A DNA stretch of 64,000 bases from Candidatus Woesearchaeota archaeon. Its GTDB lineage: Archaea > Nanobdellota > Nanobdellia > Woesearchaeales > UBA10216. Positions within the stretch are counted from its first letter, which is position 1. Each line of letters begins with the position of its first letter. Made by a program: the position numbers and the translations under genes. Under the pieces are notes generated by a model. It saw nothing but the letters and a program-made list of their open reading frames with translations. It was not told the DNA's origin and ran no database searches. The stretch covers positions 74,900-138,899 of the forward strand of contig JACPMZ010000003.1 of the NCBI GenBank assembly GCA_016185705.1, written 5' to 3'. Shown one piece after another: positions 9,780 through 18,477 of the stretch.

Positions 9780-11282
9780 TCAAAGAAATGCATTCAACAC
9801 TACTTGCTGTCTGGATAAATAATACTGCTCAACAAGATGATCAGGTAGAGGTAGCCTTTCTAAATTTCTAGGTTCAACCTTTACAGCTCCAGAACCATAA
9901 CTCTTACCAACCAATTTTAGATTCTCAATGGTTTCTGGGTGATTCAAAATCTCCCATAATGCATTAATGTACTTCTCATCATTTCTCTTAGGGTATACGC
10001 ATAAAAACCCAGTCAGGGGAACAACCCCCGCTTCATTTTTGATAAATCTTGAATTTCTACGACCTAAATACGCAAATAGCAATGCAGGAGTCTCTCTTCT
10101 CTCCATATAGTACCATTTCTTTCTTTGCTTAATCAATGCTCTGTTAGGTAAATCTAACTTAACTCCTTTTTTTATATAGTTAGCTAATGTTTCAGGAAGG
10201 TTCTCACACTGTTGATTTATTGATAATAAATATGTTGGTCGCCCTTTATCTTCAAGTTCTCGTATATCTTCTTTGCTCAGCAGATTACCTGTTGCATCTC
10301 TCGTTCTACCGATTGCTAATTTTAAAAAATTTTTTGGTATTTGCAGTTCCTCCACTTGTTCTTTTGTAAGAAAAAAAAATTCGTTTGCTCCTGTAGCAAT
10401 CCCTCTCATCACATTAGCAAAATCGCTTAGATGATACTTGAATCCATTATTTAGTTGTTGAGGTCGTGATAGTCCAGTCTCTAAAGCCTCTTTTAATGTT
10501 CTTGTTGTTATTTCAAGATTGTTTAATGACCTATCCTGGAAATCAGACTCTGCAAAATTGTAAAGGTCATCTGTATCAGCTTTATTTACTCTTACCCATT
10601 TAATTTCTTTTTTTTGCATCTCTTTTTTTATGAAAAATATAACTGCATTTGTATCTATTGACGGAAAGGGTGTTGCTTTTTCATCAAAGGTAATTACACA
10701 CTCTAAAGAAAAATTTCTGGTTATCCAATTCCATAATCGTTTAGCAAAAGTTCCCTCGCATGTATCTGCCGGCATAATAAATGCTAATCTTCCTTTATTC
10801 TCCAATAAGCTTAAAGCCTGAATAAGAAAATAGATATGATAACCGGCACGCCCATCGATTATTACTCCTGTCTTCTTTTTAGATAATTGTTTTAAAAATA
10901 GTTTTGTTTCTTTATCTATTCTGTGATGTCTAATATAAGGGGGATTAGCAACAACTGCCTTAAATCTTTCATTTGGTGGATTCTTTAAGAAATCTCTCTG
11001 TTCGACATGGCAATTTACTTCCTTGTAGATATCTTCTTTAAGAACTTCTATATCAATGTCTATTCCGTAGAAATTAGTATTTTTACTTCTATCAATTTCA
11101 TTCAATGCTTTCAGGAATGCACCGCTTCCGGTCCCGGGGTCGAATATCTTGCTTGAATTTTTCTTTACGTAAGAAACCATAGCTTTAGCTACCCAATTTG
11201 GTGTCCAGAATTGACCCTTATTCCTCAATTTTTCTCTTTCTTCGTGTTTTGTCGGTATCTTCTGACTTGCCATTTGAATCAT
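9780..11282 (-). CDS. type II N6-adenine DNA methyltransferase, gamma class (TaqI/Eco57I-like) with C-terminal target-recognition domain
   Basis: motifs FWTPNWVA (motif X), DPGTGSGAFL (motif I, SAM), NPPY (motif IV) in gamma order; 500 aa. Confidence 0.85.
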   Translation of the reverse strand: MIQMASQKIPTKHEEREKLRNKGQFWTPNWVAKAMVSYVKKNSSKIFDPGTGSGAFLKALNEIDRSKNTNFYGIDIDIEVLKEDIYKEVNCHVEQRDFLKNPPNERFKAVVANPPYIRHHRIDKETKLFLKQLSKKKTGVIIDGRAGYHIYFLIQALSLLENKGRLAFIMPADTCEGTFAKRLWNWITRNFSLECVITFDEKATPFPSIDTNAVIFFIKKEMQKKEIKWVRVNKADTDDLYNFAESDFQDRSLNNLEITTRTLKEALETGLSRPQQLNNGFKYHLSDFANVMRGIATGANEFFFLTKEQVEELQIPKNFLKLAIGRTRDATGNLLSKEDIRELEDKGRPTYLLSINQQCENLPETLANYIKKGVKLDLPNRALIKQRKKWYYMERRETPALLFAYLGRRNSRFIKNEAGVVPLTGFLCVYPKRNDEKYINALWEILNHPETIENLKLVGKSYGSGAVKVEPRNLERLPLPDHLVEQYYLSRQQVVLNAFL

Positions 11283-12214
11283 GCTTTTTCCAAAACATCC
11301 AATGCTTCCTGAGTAATGTCCATTAAGCCTCCATTAAAAGTAACATAAGGCAATATGTGGCCATTTTTATCTTCAATATACTGAGGCACTAACTCCGGTT
11401 TACTTTTTGAGATGCCCAGTTGATAAGCATAAAGATAATATATTTTGTATATGGCTTTACTTGTAGTTGCTCCACCTGGAGCTTGGAAAACTTGGATAGT
11501 TTGCTGAATTAATCCTTCGTCGAACAATCTTTCAGCTTCATCCAGAGCTATACCGTATGCTCTGTCAAAGAATACATGCCAGATATGTATGGGGATCTTA
11601 TTCTGGCTCTGCCATTTTTTTAATGGGGCTCTATCTTCCTCTTTTATAATTACTGTTGGAACAACTGCAGTTTTCTTCAGACCCATTTTTCCTTCCAATC
11701 GCTTCCGGGGAGTAAGTTCACTTCCATAGTCTGGCATTTTCTCAGCCACCCAAAGAGAATTTTCACATTCAACAGCAATTATTGCTTTTTGGATAAGTTC
11801 TTTCATCTCATCTTCTTTAATGAACGGAAGTTCGCTTGCCCCACCAACTTTACCAAGAAATTTGTCAACAAAAGCTTTATCTCCTATTTTGAAAACAAGT
11901 ATATCTGGTCTCTTAATATCTCCTAAACCTGCTTTTTCAAGTCTCTCGAAATATAATTCAAAGGCTCTAACATCATCAGTTGGCGCTGTTCCACTTGGCC
12001 CATAAGGGATTGCATAGAATTTTCTAGTTTTATTAACTGCTTCTATTACTCGTTTCTCACTCCACACTCCTTGCGACCAACGCATCAAAAAATCACTACC
12101 TCTTAATCTTCTCGGATTAAGCAAGAAATTTGACCAACCCACCTCCTTTAAACCTCTAAGTTCTAGTTCAATATCCTCGAGCATTACACTCAGTATCTTC
12201 TCAAACGGATGCAT
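11279..12214 (-). CDS. putative cognate type II restriction endonuclease (311 aa); identity not provable from sequence
   Basis: 4-bp overlap (ATGA) with downstream methyltransferase gene, same strand; possible PD...(D/E)xK-like segment RPDILVFKIGDK / AIIAVECE; no match to housekeeping families. Confidence 0.45.
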   Translation of the reverse strand: MHPFEKILSVMLEDIELELRGLKEVGWSNFLLNPRRLRGSDFLMRWSQGVWSEKRVIEAVNKTRKFYAIPYGPSGTAPTDDVRAFELYFERLEKAGLGDIKRPDILVFKIGDKAFVDKFLGKVGGASELPFIKEDEMKELIQKAIIAVECENSLWVAEKMPDYGSELTPRKRLEGKMGLKKTAVVPTVIIKEEDRAPLKKWQSQNKIPIHIWHVFFDRAYGIALDEAERLFDEGLIQQTIQVFQAPGGATTSKAIYKIYYLYAYQLGISKSKPELVPQYIEDKNGHILPYVTFNGGLMDITQEALDVLEKA

Positions 12215-12224
12215 TTTTTATCAT

Positions 12225-12626
12225 CTACTTTTCCAAATATATATAATCAGAGGGGGTAATGTTAATTATAGACCTCCCCATTAATACTGTTCCCCATCTC
12301 AAAGTATTCTTGAATATAGATAAATTAGCAGGAATATTTTTCCCGCTTGACCAATTGTTTATTTCAATGGGGTTTTTTAAGATTAATTTAGGTTCGATAT
12401 CAATATAATATTTAAATTGCTTATTCCTAAATCTTACTTTTTTCTGAGAAGGTATTGACTTTATTTCAAACGTGGCACAAATTCTTTTAGGTATAAGATA
12501 GATGACTAAACGATCCCCTTTTTTGATTAAATTGTATTGATTTTCAGATTTTACTGCATAAATATTATTGGATTGAATTTTTTCCCAATTCTCCTCATCA
12601 GTTAGAGCTAACCAATACTTAGTCAT
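12225..12626 (-). CDS. EVE domain (PUA-like, PH1033 family) protein, predicted modified-base-binding reader
   Basis: MTKYWLALTDEENWEKI...GDRLVIY...FEI...LRWG...DYIYLEK closely parallels the Pyrococcus PH1033 EVE-domain pattern (YWIxxTxENWExI...GDxLVIY...RW). Confidence 0.8.
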   Translation of the reverse strand: MTKYWLALTDEENWEKIQSNNIYAVKSENQYNLIKKGDRLVIYLIPKRICATFEIKSIPSQKKVRFRNKQFKYYIDIEPKLILKNPIEINNWSSGKNIPANLSIFKNTLRWGTVLMGRSIINITPSDYIYLEK

Positions 12627-12777
12627 TTATTATCACTTTTTTGTTAGATTTATCTAATTCATTTCTCATGAAATTTTCAAATTGCCGTGAAAGTATCCAT
12701 CCTTTTCTTTCGCAGATACTTTTGTAATCATCATAAACCTGCTCATCAACACTTAATGATATTACTTTTTTTGCCAT
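12619..12777 (-). CDS. ribbon-helix-helix (CopG/Arc-like) DNA-binding protein; candidate controller of the cassette (likely start MAKKV at 12777; longer ORF to 12810 exists)
   Basis: KKVISLSVDEQVYDDYKSICERKGWILSRQFENFMRNEL is a typical RHH beta-strand + two helices; overlaps EVE gene start by 8 bp. Confidence 0.65.
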   Translation of the reverse strand: MAKKVISLSVDEQVYDDYKSICERKGWILSRQFENFMRNELDKSNKKVIIND

Positions 12778-12779
12778 TT

Positions 12780-12944
12780 TTATCCCTTTGAAAACCTTAA
12801 ACCAAGCCACGTGAATAAACAGCCTATAAGAAAAATTACAACTTTAGTTCCGAAAGGATCTTTTCCAAAAAATGAATACAAAACAGCTCCAAATCCAATG
12901 ATTACAGCCGCTGCGGTTCCACTTATAAGTTTTGTATCTCCCAC
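12780..12944 (-). CDS. possible tiny hydrophobic membrane peptide (~54 aa, GTG start) immediately upstream of the RHH gene
   Basis: VGDTKLISGTAAAVIIGFGAVLYSFFGKDPFGTKVVIFLIGCLFTWLGLRFSKG; AAGGTGA upstream; stop TAA 4 nt before RHH ATG. Confidence 0.25.
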   Translation of the reverse strand: MGDTKLISGTAAAVIIGFGAVLYSFFGKDPFGTKVVIFLIGCLFTWLGLRFSKG

Positions 12945-13120
12945 CCAATCACCTTATTTATGTTTATATAAGCGTAAATATCCAGGTATATAAAGTTTTC
13001 TCTGACCTGTCCAGTGACCAGTGGAAAAAATAAAATAAGCGAGTCGTTACTTCGCTCCATTTTGCCTGCAACACCCTAAGTTTACGCCTGAGGATGCTTT
13101 CCTGTTCTGAAGGTGGCAAA

Positions 13121-13175
13121 ATGACGCTTTTTAGAAAATCCGTCATAACTACTTTCAAATGATGAAACATTTATA
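13121..13175. repeat. right copy of perfect 55-bp direct repeat; here it supplies the 5' end of the downstream methyltransferase ORF
   Basis: identical to 9515-9569. Confidence 0.9.
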
Positions 13176-14112
13176 TATTCATATAAAATATCAGAGTGAG
13201 CATGCAAACATTTCCTGTCAGCAATGCTTCGGAAAACGTGCAGCAGAGGGTATAACTCCAATGGCTTTGCCTGACATATTGACGCGCACACTGAGACAAA
13301 TAGCGCCGCGTAAAGCCAAGAAGCATTATATAGATCCCTGGCGTTTTTTAATTCCTCTTGTTAAAGGACAGGTATCTACGGATTATCAGCGTTTCTGGCA
13401 GAAGTACTATGCAGATTTACCCAGCCCTTCAGACAAGGATACCATTAAGCCTGGAGAGGAACCGCAATCAGCGGCATACCATTATACTGCAGTAAAGCTG
13501 TCCATACTTCAGAGTTTGAATTTAAACCCAGACCTTTATCCTAAGCGTCCCAGCGTGCTTGACATAGGCACCGGGACCGGGCATTGGATTGATTTCTATC
13601 TTGGCGAAGTGTTTAATGCTTCCCGCGTTACCGGCGTGGAAATTGCACCGTCTGCAGCAGAGTTTCTCAGAGAAAAATACAGTTCAAGAAGTGACGTTAC
13701 TATAATGGAAGCTGACATTTCAAAACCGGGTTTTTCCCTGGAAGACAAGGTCGGCATAGTTAACGCAATCGGTGTCATGTTCCATATAGTGCCTGATGAG
13801 GGATGGAAAAGAGCAATTGCGAATATTGCAAATGCTTTGGATTATAACGGGGTTATTTTGGTTGGAGGTCAGTTCAGAAGAATTCCTCCTCCTTTGGGCG
13901 GGCTTGTCCAATTTGAAAAAATACCTCCTGGGATGAATGATGAAGTTAAATACGTTGCTACCAAGAGACTTCGCTCCCTTGGCTATTGGAAAAAAATTTT
14001 AGGCGAGCATGGCCTTGAGGTTGTAGACATGATAAAAACCAAGGCACACCCCCTTATCTCAACCCCTGAGAACAACATACTGGTAGCCAGGCACAGCCGC
14101 AGCAAATTTTAA
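13159..14112 (+). CDS. class I SAM-dependent methyltransferase (probable true start at ATG 13261, MALPDIL...)
   Basis: VLDIGTGTGHW motif I; first 34 codons of the long ORF are AT-rich repeat-derived sequence. Confidence 0.75.
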   Translation: MMKHLYIHIKYQSEHANISCQQCFGKRAAEGITPMALPDILTRTLRQIAPRKAKKHYIDPWRFLIPLVKGQVSTDYQRFWQKYYADLPSPSDKDTIKPGEEPQSAAYHYTAVKLSILQSLNLNPDLYPKRPSVLDIGTGTGHWIDFYLGEVFNASRVTGVEIAPSAAEFLREKYSSRSDVTIMEADISKPGFSLEDKVGIVNAIGVMFHIVPDEGWKRAIANIANALDYNGVILVGGQFRRIPPPLGGLVQFEKIPPGMNDEVKYVATKRLRSLGYWKKILGEHGLEVVDMIKTKAHPLISTPENNILVARHSRSKF

Positions 14113-14237
14113 AGATAGAATGTGCTGAGTGATGCCTCTTACCAGGGCGTGGCTGTTCAGGAAGCTGTTATCGGCTATTTCTGTCCCACGCCCAAGACAA
14201 ACATTTATATACAATCTGTTACAAAAAGCAAGCTTAC

Positions 14238-17200
14238 TTGAGAAAAGAGGCCATATTAATGGAAGCCAGGGAAATCGCTATTATTTCGGCAGCATTTTTT
14301 CTGCTTATAGTGCTTGTATTTGCAGCCACGCCCGAGGCAGAGATGATTGTGTTTGATGACGTCCTGCAGAACGGGTTCAAGACAAACGAGTGGGAAGCGC
14401 CTGACGGGGCAACGTGCATCCTGAGCACAGCTTATACAGCAGAGAAGGCATCCGGAACTGCTTCAATACAGACAAACCTCAACAACTACTGCACAGTTTT
14501 CCTTTACAGGGATATAACCTTTGACATAGCTGATTACACGCAGGTGGAGTTTGACATATACGGCAGCAGCCCGTCGCTTACAGAATTTAACGTCAAATTG
14601 GCGACCAACTCCTACCAAACGACTGGAAGCATTGTGCCGATATCCGATTACGTCACAGTCTCAAACAAGTGGCAGCACGTAACAATACCCCTGAAAGACT
14701 TCAGCGTGGAATCCGGAACAAAAATTGCCGGAATACAATACAGGGATGCAGGAATCACAGGGCGGGGAAACGTGCTGCTTGATAACGTGAGGTTCGTCAA
14801 GATGAAGGACACCACAGGGCCTGTTCTGCAATCAGCTTCCATAACAACACAGGACTCAGTGAGGATAGACTTTGACGAGGGGCTTGATGCCACAGCCGCG
14901 AATCCAGGCAATTACCTAATCTCATCACTGACTGACTCTGCATTCGTCTTGCCCCTGGCGCCGGCGTCAGCAGAGCTGCTGAACCAAAAAGGCGTATCGC
15001 TCAAACTAAGCAAAGAGCTCAAGAACGGACACACATACATCATAGTTGTCAACAATGTAAAAGACCTGGCTGGCAACGCCATTACAGCAGGCTCATCCAT
15101 CAGCCTGCCTGTAACAATATCAGGCGTTGCGCTGAATGTGGACGCATCCAGAACCATAAGGCCCTTCAACAGCAAGATGAGGGGCGTCCAGCTGGCATGC
15201 TGGATGCACGAGCAGGGAAACAAGCCAAGCCCTGAAAATGCAGCGAACCTTGCCGAACTGACCAAACCGCTGAAGCCGGGCATAATAAGATACTGCGGCG
15301 GCTTGTGGGCTAACAACGTCGGCTGGGACAGAACCGGGCAGGCCCCCAAGGACGGGATGTGGAACTGGGTGAATCCGGACACAGCAGCAAAGCTTCCATA
15401 CAGCTACACCCACGCATACAAAGCAGCGTGGATTGACAGCCTGGGAAGGTTCCTTAAGGAAGTAGGAGCAGAGGCAATGATACAGGCAAACCTCTGCGAC
15501 AACAATCCACAAATGTGGGCAGACATGGTGAAGTATGCGAATGTTGAGAAGGGCTATGGCTTCAAATACTGGGAGCTAAGCAACGAAATTGACCTTGAAG
15601 ATGCCATAAGGGAAAAATGCTTCGGAACAACAGACAAGACTGCCTCAGCCAGGAACTATTCCAAGAGGTTTGCAGCATATACCAAAGCAATGAAGGCAGT
15701 TGACCCAAACATAAAAACAATGGGCCCTGTTACTGCAAACTACTACAGCGCACCTACTTGGTTCCCGCCGCTGGCAAATGAAATGAAAAGCCAGGGACTG
15801 AACCTTGACGTGATGTCATGGCACTGGTACCAAATATTTGATTTTTCAACAGACCCAAGCACAGAAGTGTACGATTATGGTTCACTGGCAGCGCTTCTGA
15901 ACTACAACACAGCGCTGACAAGCCAAAACAGCCCTTACAACAAAGGAGATGTCATACAGCCGCCCAGCCACGGAACAGCAGAGCACTGGGTGTACAGGTC
16001 AAGACGGGCATTCGCAGAGCACACAGCCAAAGATGCACGCTTATATGCAGCTGACTTTCCCAACGCAGAATTAGCGGTAACAGAAGCAAACTCCCACGGC
16101 TCTGATTTCACCACCTCGCTGAACGGCAACCATCTCGGGGCTGTGCGAATGGCAGACTACCTCGGAAGAGCTGCATACAACGGGCTGGACATAAACATCT
16201 GGTATGAGCTGTACGACGGCGGGGCAACCGGAATTTCTTACGGGCTGATTTATCCGGACAATGATGCCAACCCGACAAAGCTCTTCATCAGGCCAACATA
16301 TTACCCTATGCTGATGTACGCCCAGTGGTTCGGCGACACAATGGTGCAGTCTTCAACTGCTGACCCGGCACAAAATGTAGTGGTGTGGGCAAGCACCGAC
16401 ACCTTAGATTCAGGCAAACTAAAACTAATGCTCATAAACTTCAACTCAACAGTTGTAACCGCAACCGTAAACATAGCAGGGTTTACGCCCAAGAGCGGCA
16501 AATACTACCAGATGGCAAGCGCAAACCCAGCCAACCTGGACCGCTCCATGGCCAACAGCGGCGGAGAAACAACCATCAACGGATACAAACTGGATACAAC
16601 AGCAAGCAAAATCCAGCAGTCAATTGACGCCATAGCCCCAATCGCGCCATCAATAAGCGGAAACACGATAACGCAAACCCTTCAGCCGTATTCTGTAACT
16701 GCAATAGTGCTGAGTTCCACAGAATCCGTATCGCCGCAACCCCAGCAGCCAGCGCCACAGCTGCCGGATACCGCTGCGCCAATAATTTCAGCCTACTCAC
16801 CGGCAAAAGGAGAGTCCAATGTCAACAACAACAAGGCAATCAGCATGCTCATCCAGGACACAGGCGCCGGAGTGGATAAAAATTCAATAGAGCTGTTTGT
16901 CAAGGGCGTGAAGAAAACACCAGCAATAACAGGAACCAGCGCAGCATACACAGTAACATACACGCCAGAAATGCCATACCTGAACGCCGAGATAATCAAT
17001 GTACTGGTTAAAGCAAGCGACCTCTCAGGCAATCCGGCAATTGACAGCTACTACTTCACCATAGGAGGGGCTGCAATATGCTCGGACGGCATCTGCTCCT
17101 ACAGCGAAAGGGAAAGCTGCCCGCAGGACTGCGCATACGTAAAAGGAAACTTCAGCGACAGCAGCCACAACTTTGAAAACTTCAAGATGCGGATAAACAG

Positions 17201-18467
17201 CAGCGAAGACATCTACAAATACTTTGACCGCGAATTGCCCGTAGAATTCCTTGAAGAAATAAGCGGCTCAACAATTCCAAGAATAAAGTTTGACTTCAAA
17301 TTTGACATGGGCAAATTCCTTAATTTCAATGAGCTTCATTACTTCAAGCAGAAAGCAGCGGACAGAAGAGGATACCTTTACATGTCAGGGCTCAACGTTT
17401 CAGGCGAACTGAAGAGCTTCCTCATAGACCGGGTTAATGGAAGCAGCAATGCTGTCTGCATAAAGGATGCGGAAATCACAAACATAAGCGAAGTGAGCGA
17501 AGCATGCAGCCAGGCATCAGAGCAGCTTCTGATATGCGACGGGAAGCAGCGAAACGGCTACAAATGCGTGACGCAAGGCAACTACTTCAACGTGTCCGGA
17601 TTAACGCACTCAGCTGTGGTGGAATACGTGGCAGCATGCGGAAACAGCAGATGCGATGAGAGCGAATCATGCTCAAGCTGCAGCGCGGACTGCGGGGCAT
17701 GCGCTGCTGCAAGCACACCAAGCAGCTCATCCGGCGGAGGCGGAGGCGGGGGAGGCGGCGGTGGCGGTGGCGGCGGAGGCAGCAGCCAAAAGCTTTCAGA
17801 AAAAGTAACGCTGGACGGCACTCTTGAAGCAGGAAGCAGCGGAAGCTTTGCATTCAGCAAGCACATAGATGCCCTTTCAGTATACCAAGTCGATGTTGTA
17901 ACAAACTTCCAGGCAACAACACCGTCATTAACGCTGCAGGAAGTTTCGCTGTCAAAAGAAGTGCCAAGCGCCACTGACGCAGGCGAGAAGCTGTATTCAA
18001 TTGTCCAGCTTTCCCGCATCGGGCTAAGCGATGACGTTAAATCAGACATCAGGTTTAAGATAAAAAGCGAGTGGTTTATAAAAGAAGAGGTGGACGCCTC
18101 AACCATAGTGCTGAAAAAGCTGTCAGGAGACAAATGGATAAAGCTGCCAACCATTCATGCAGCCGAAGAACCGGGATACCATGCTTACAGCGCAAGCCTC
18201 ACAGGACTGTCAATATTTGCAGTGGTCGGAGGGCAGACAAAGCCAGCGCCGCAGCAGCAAACCATACAGCAGGAAAAAAGAGCTGACAAGTACGCCAATG
18301 AAATCAATGAGATTAAAGCTGAACCAATAGTCAGCAAGAAAAGGTCGTTCTTTGCGCTGAAGCAGGTATTCTCAATAATCGTGATTATGGCAGCCCTGCT
18401 CTTAGTATACGAGGTTGTGCATAAGATAAGGAAACGCAACCGGTCAGCAGAGTCCTACATTAACTGA
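14238..18467 (+). CDS. large surface protein (1409 aa): signal peptide, glycoside-hydrolase-like TIM-barrel region (YWELSNE), Ig-like domains, PQ-rich linker, Cys-rich module, (Gly)16 linker, C-terminal TM anchor with basic tail
   Basis: N-term MEAREIAIISAAFFLLIVLVFAA; WELSNEID resembles GH clan-A acid/base NE(P) motif; ICSDGICSYSERESCPQDCAY; C-term FFALKQVFSIIVIMAALLLVYEVVHKIRKRNR. Confidence 0.8.
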   Translation: MRKEAILMEAREIAIISAAFFLLIVLVFAATPEAEMIVFDDVLQNGFKTNEWEAPDGATCILSTAYTAEKASGTASIQTNLNNYCTVFLYRDITFDIADYTQVEFDIYGSSPSLTEFNVKLATNSYQTTGSIVPISDYVTVSNKWQHVTIPLKDFSVESGTKIAGIQYRDAGITGRGNVLLDNVRFVKMKDTTGPVLQSASITTQDSVRIDFDEGLDATAANPGNYLISSLTDSAFVLPLAPASAELLNQKGVSLKLSKELKNGHTYIIVVNNVKDLAGNAITAGSSISLPVTISGVALNVDASRTIRPFNSKMRGVQLACWMHEQGNKPSPENAANLAELTKPLKPGIIRYCGGLWANNVGWDRTGQAPKDGMWNWVNPDTAAKLPYSYTHAYKAAWIDSLGRFLKEVGAEAMIQANLCDNNPQMWADMVKYANVEKGYGFKYWELSNEIDLEDAIREKCFGTTDKTASARNYSKRFAAYTKAMKAVDPNIKTMGPVTANYYSAPTWFPPLANEMKSQGLNLDVMSWHWYQIFDFSTDPSTEVYDYGSLAALLNYNTALTSQNSPYNKGDVIQPPSHGTAEHWVYRSRRAFAEHTAKDARLYAADFPNAELAVTEANSHGSDFTTSLNGNHLGAVRMADYLGRAAYNGLDINIWYELYDGGATGISYGLIYPDNDANPTKLFIRPTYYPMLMYAQWFGDTMVQSSTADPAQNVVVWASTDTLDSGKLKLMLINFNSTVVTATVNIAGFTPKSGKYYQMASANPANLDRSMANSGGETTINGYKLDTTASKIQQSIDAIAPIAPSISGNTITQTLQPYSVTAIVLSSTESVSPQPQQPAPQLPDTAAPIISAYSPAKGESNVNNNKAISMLIQDTGAGVDKNSIELFVKGVKKTPAITGTSAAYTVTYTPEMPYLNAEIINVLVKASDLSGNPAIDSYYFTIGGAAICSDGICSYSERESCPQDCAYVKGNFSDSSHNFENFKMRINSSEDIYKYFDRELPVEFLEEISGSTIPRIKFDFKFDMGKFLNFNELHYFKQKAADRRGYLYMSGLNVSGELKSFLIDRVNGSSNAVCIKDAEITNISEVSEACSQASEQLLICDGKQRNGYKCVTQGNYFNVSGLTHSAVVEYVAACGNSRCDESESCSSCSADCGACAAASTPSSSSGGGGGGGGGGGGGGGGSSQKLSEKVTLDGTLEAGSSGSFAFSKHIDALSVYQVDVVTNFQATTPSLTLQEVSLSKEVPSATDAGEKLYSIVQLSRIGLSDDVKSDIRFKIKSEWFIKEEVDASTIVLKKLSGDKWIKLPTIHAAEEPGYHAYSASLTGLSIFAVVGGQTKPAPQQQTIQQEKRADKYANEINEIKAEPIVSKKRSFFALKQVFSIIVIMAALLLVYEVVHKIRKRNRSAESYIN
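17733..17780 (+). repeat. (GGN)16 trinucleotide tract encoding 16 consecutive Gly (poly-Pro on antisense)
   Basis: ggcggaggcggaggcgggggaggcggcggtggcggtggcggcggaggc. Confidence 0.9.
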
Positions 18468-18477
18468 CGGAGGGCAA

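Noticed and set aside
13159-13260. N-terminal 34 codons (MMKHLYIHIKYQSEH...) of the long methyltransferase ORF
   Set aside because: This sequence is derived from the AT-rich 55-bp repeat and is non-protein-like. A conserved-looking start MALPDIL at 13261 is more plausible.
17582-18154. Minus-strand 190-aa ORF containing a poly-proline run
   Set aside because: It is the antisense reading of the (GGN)16 Gly tract inside the 14238-18467 gene and is not an independent gene.
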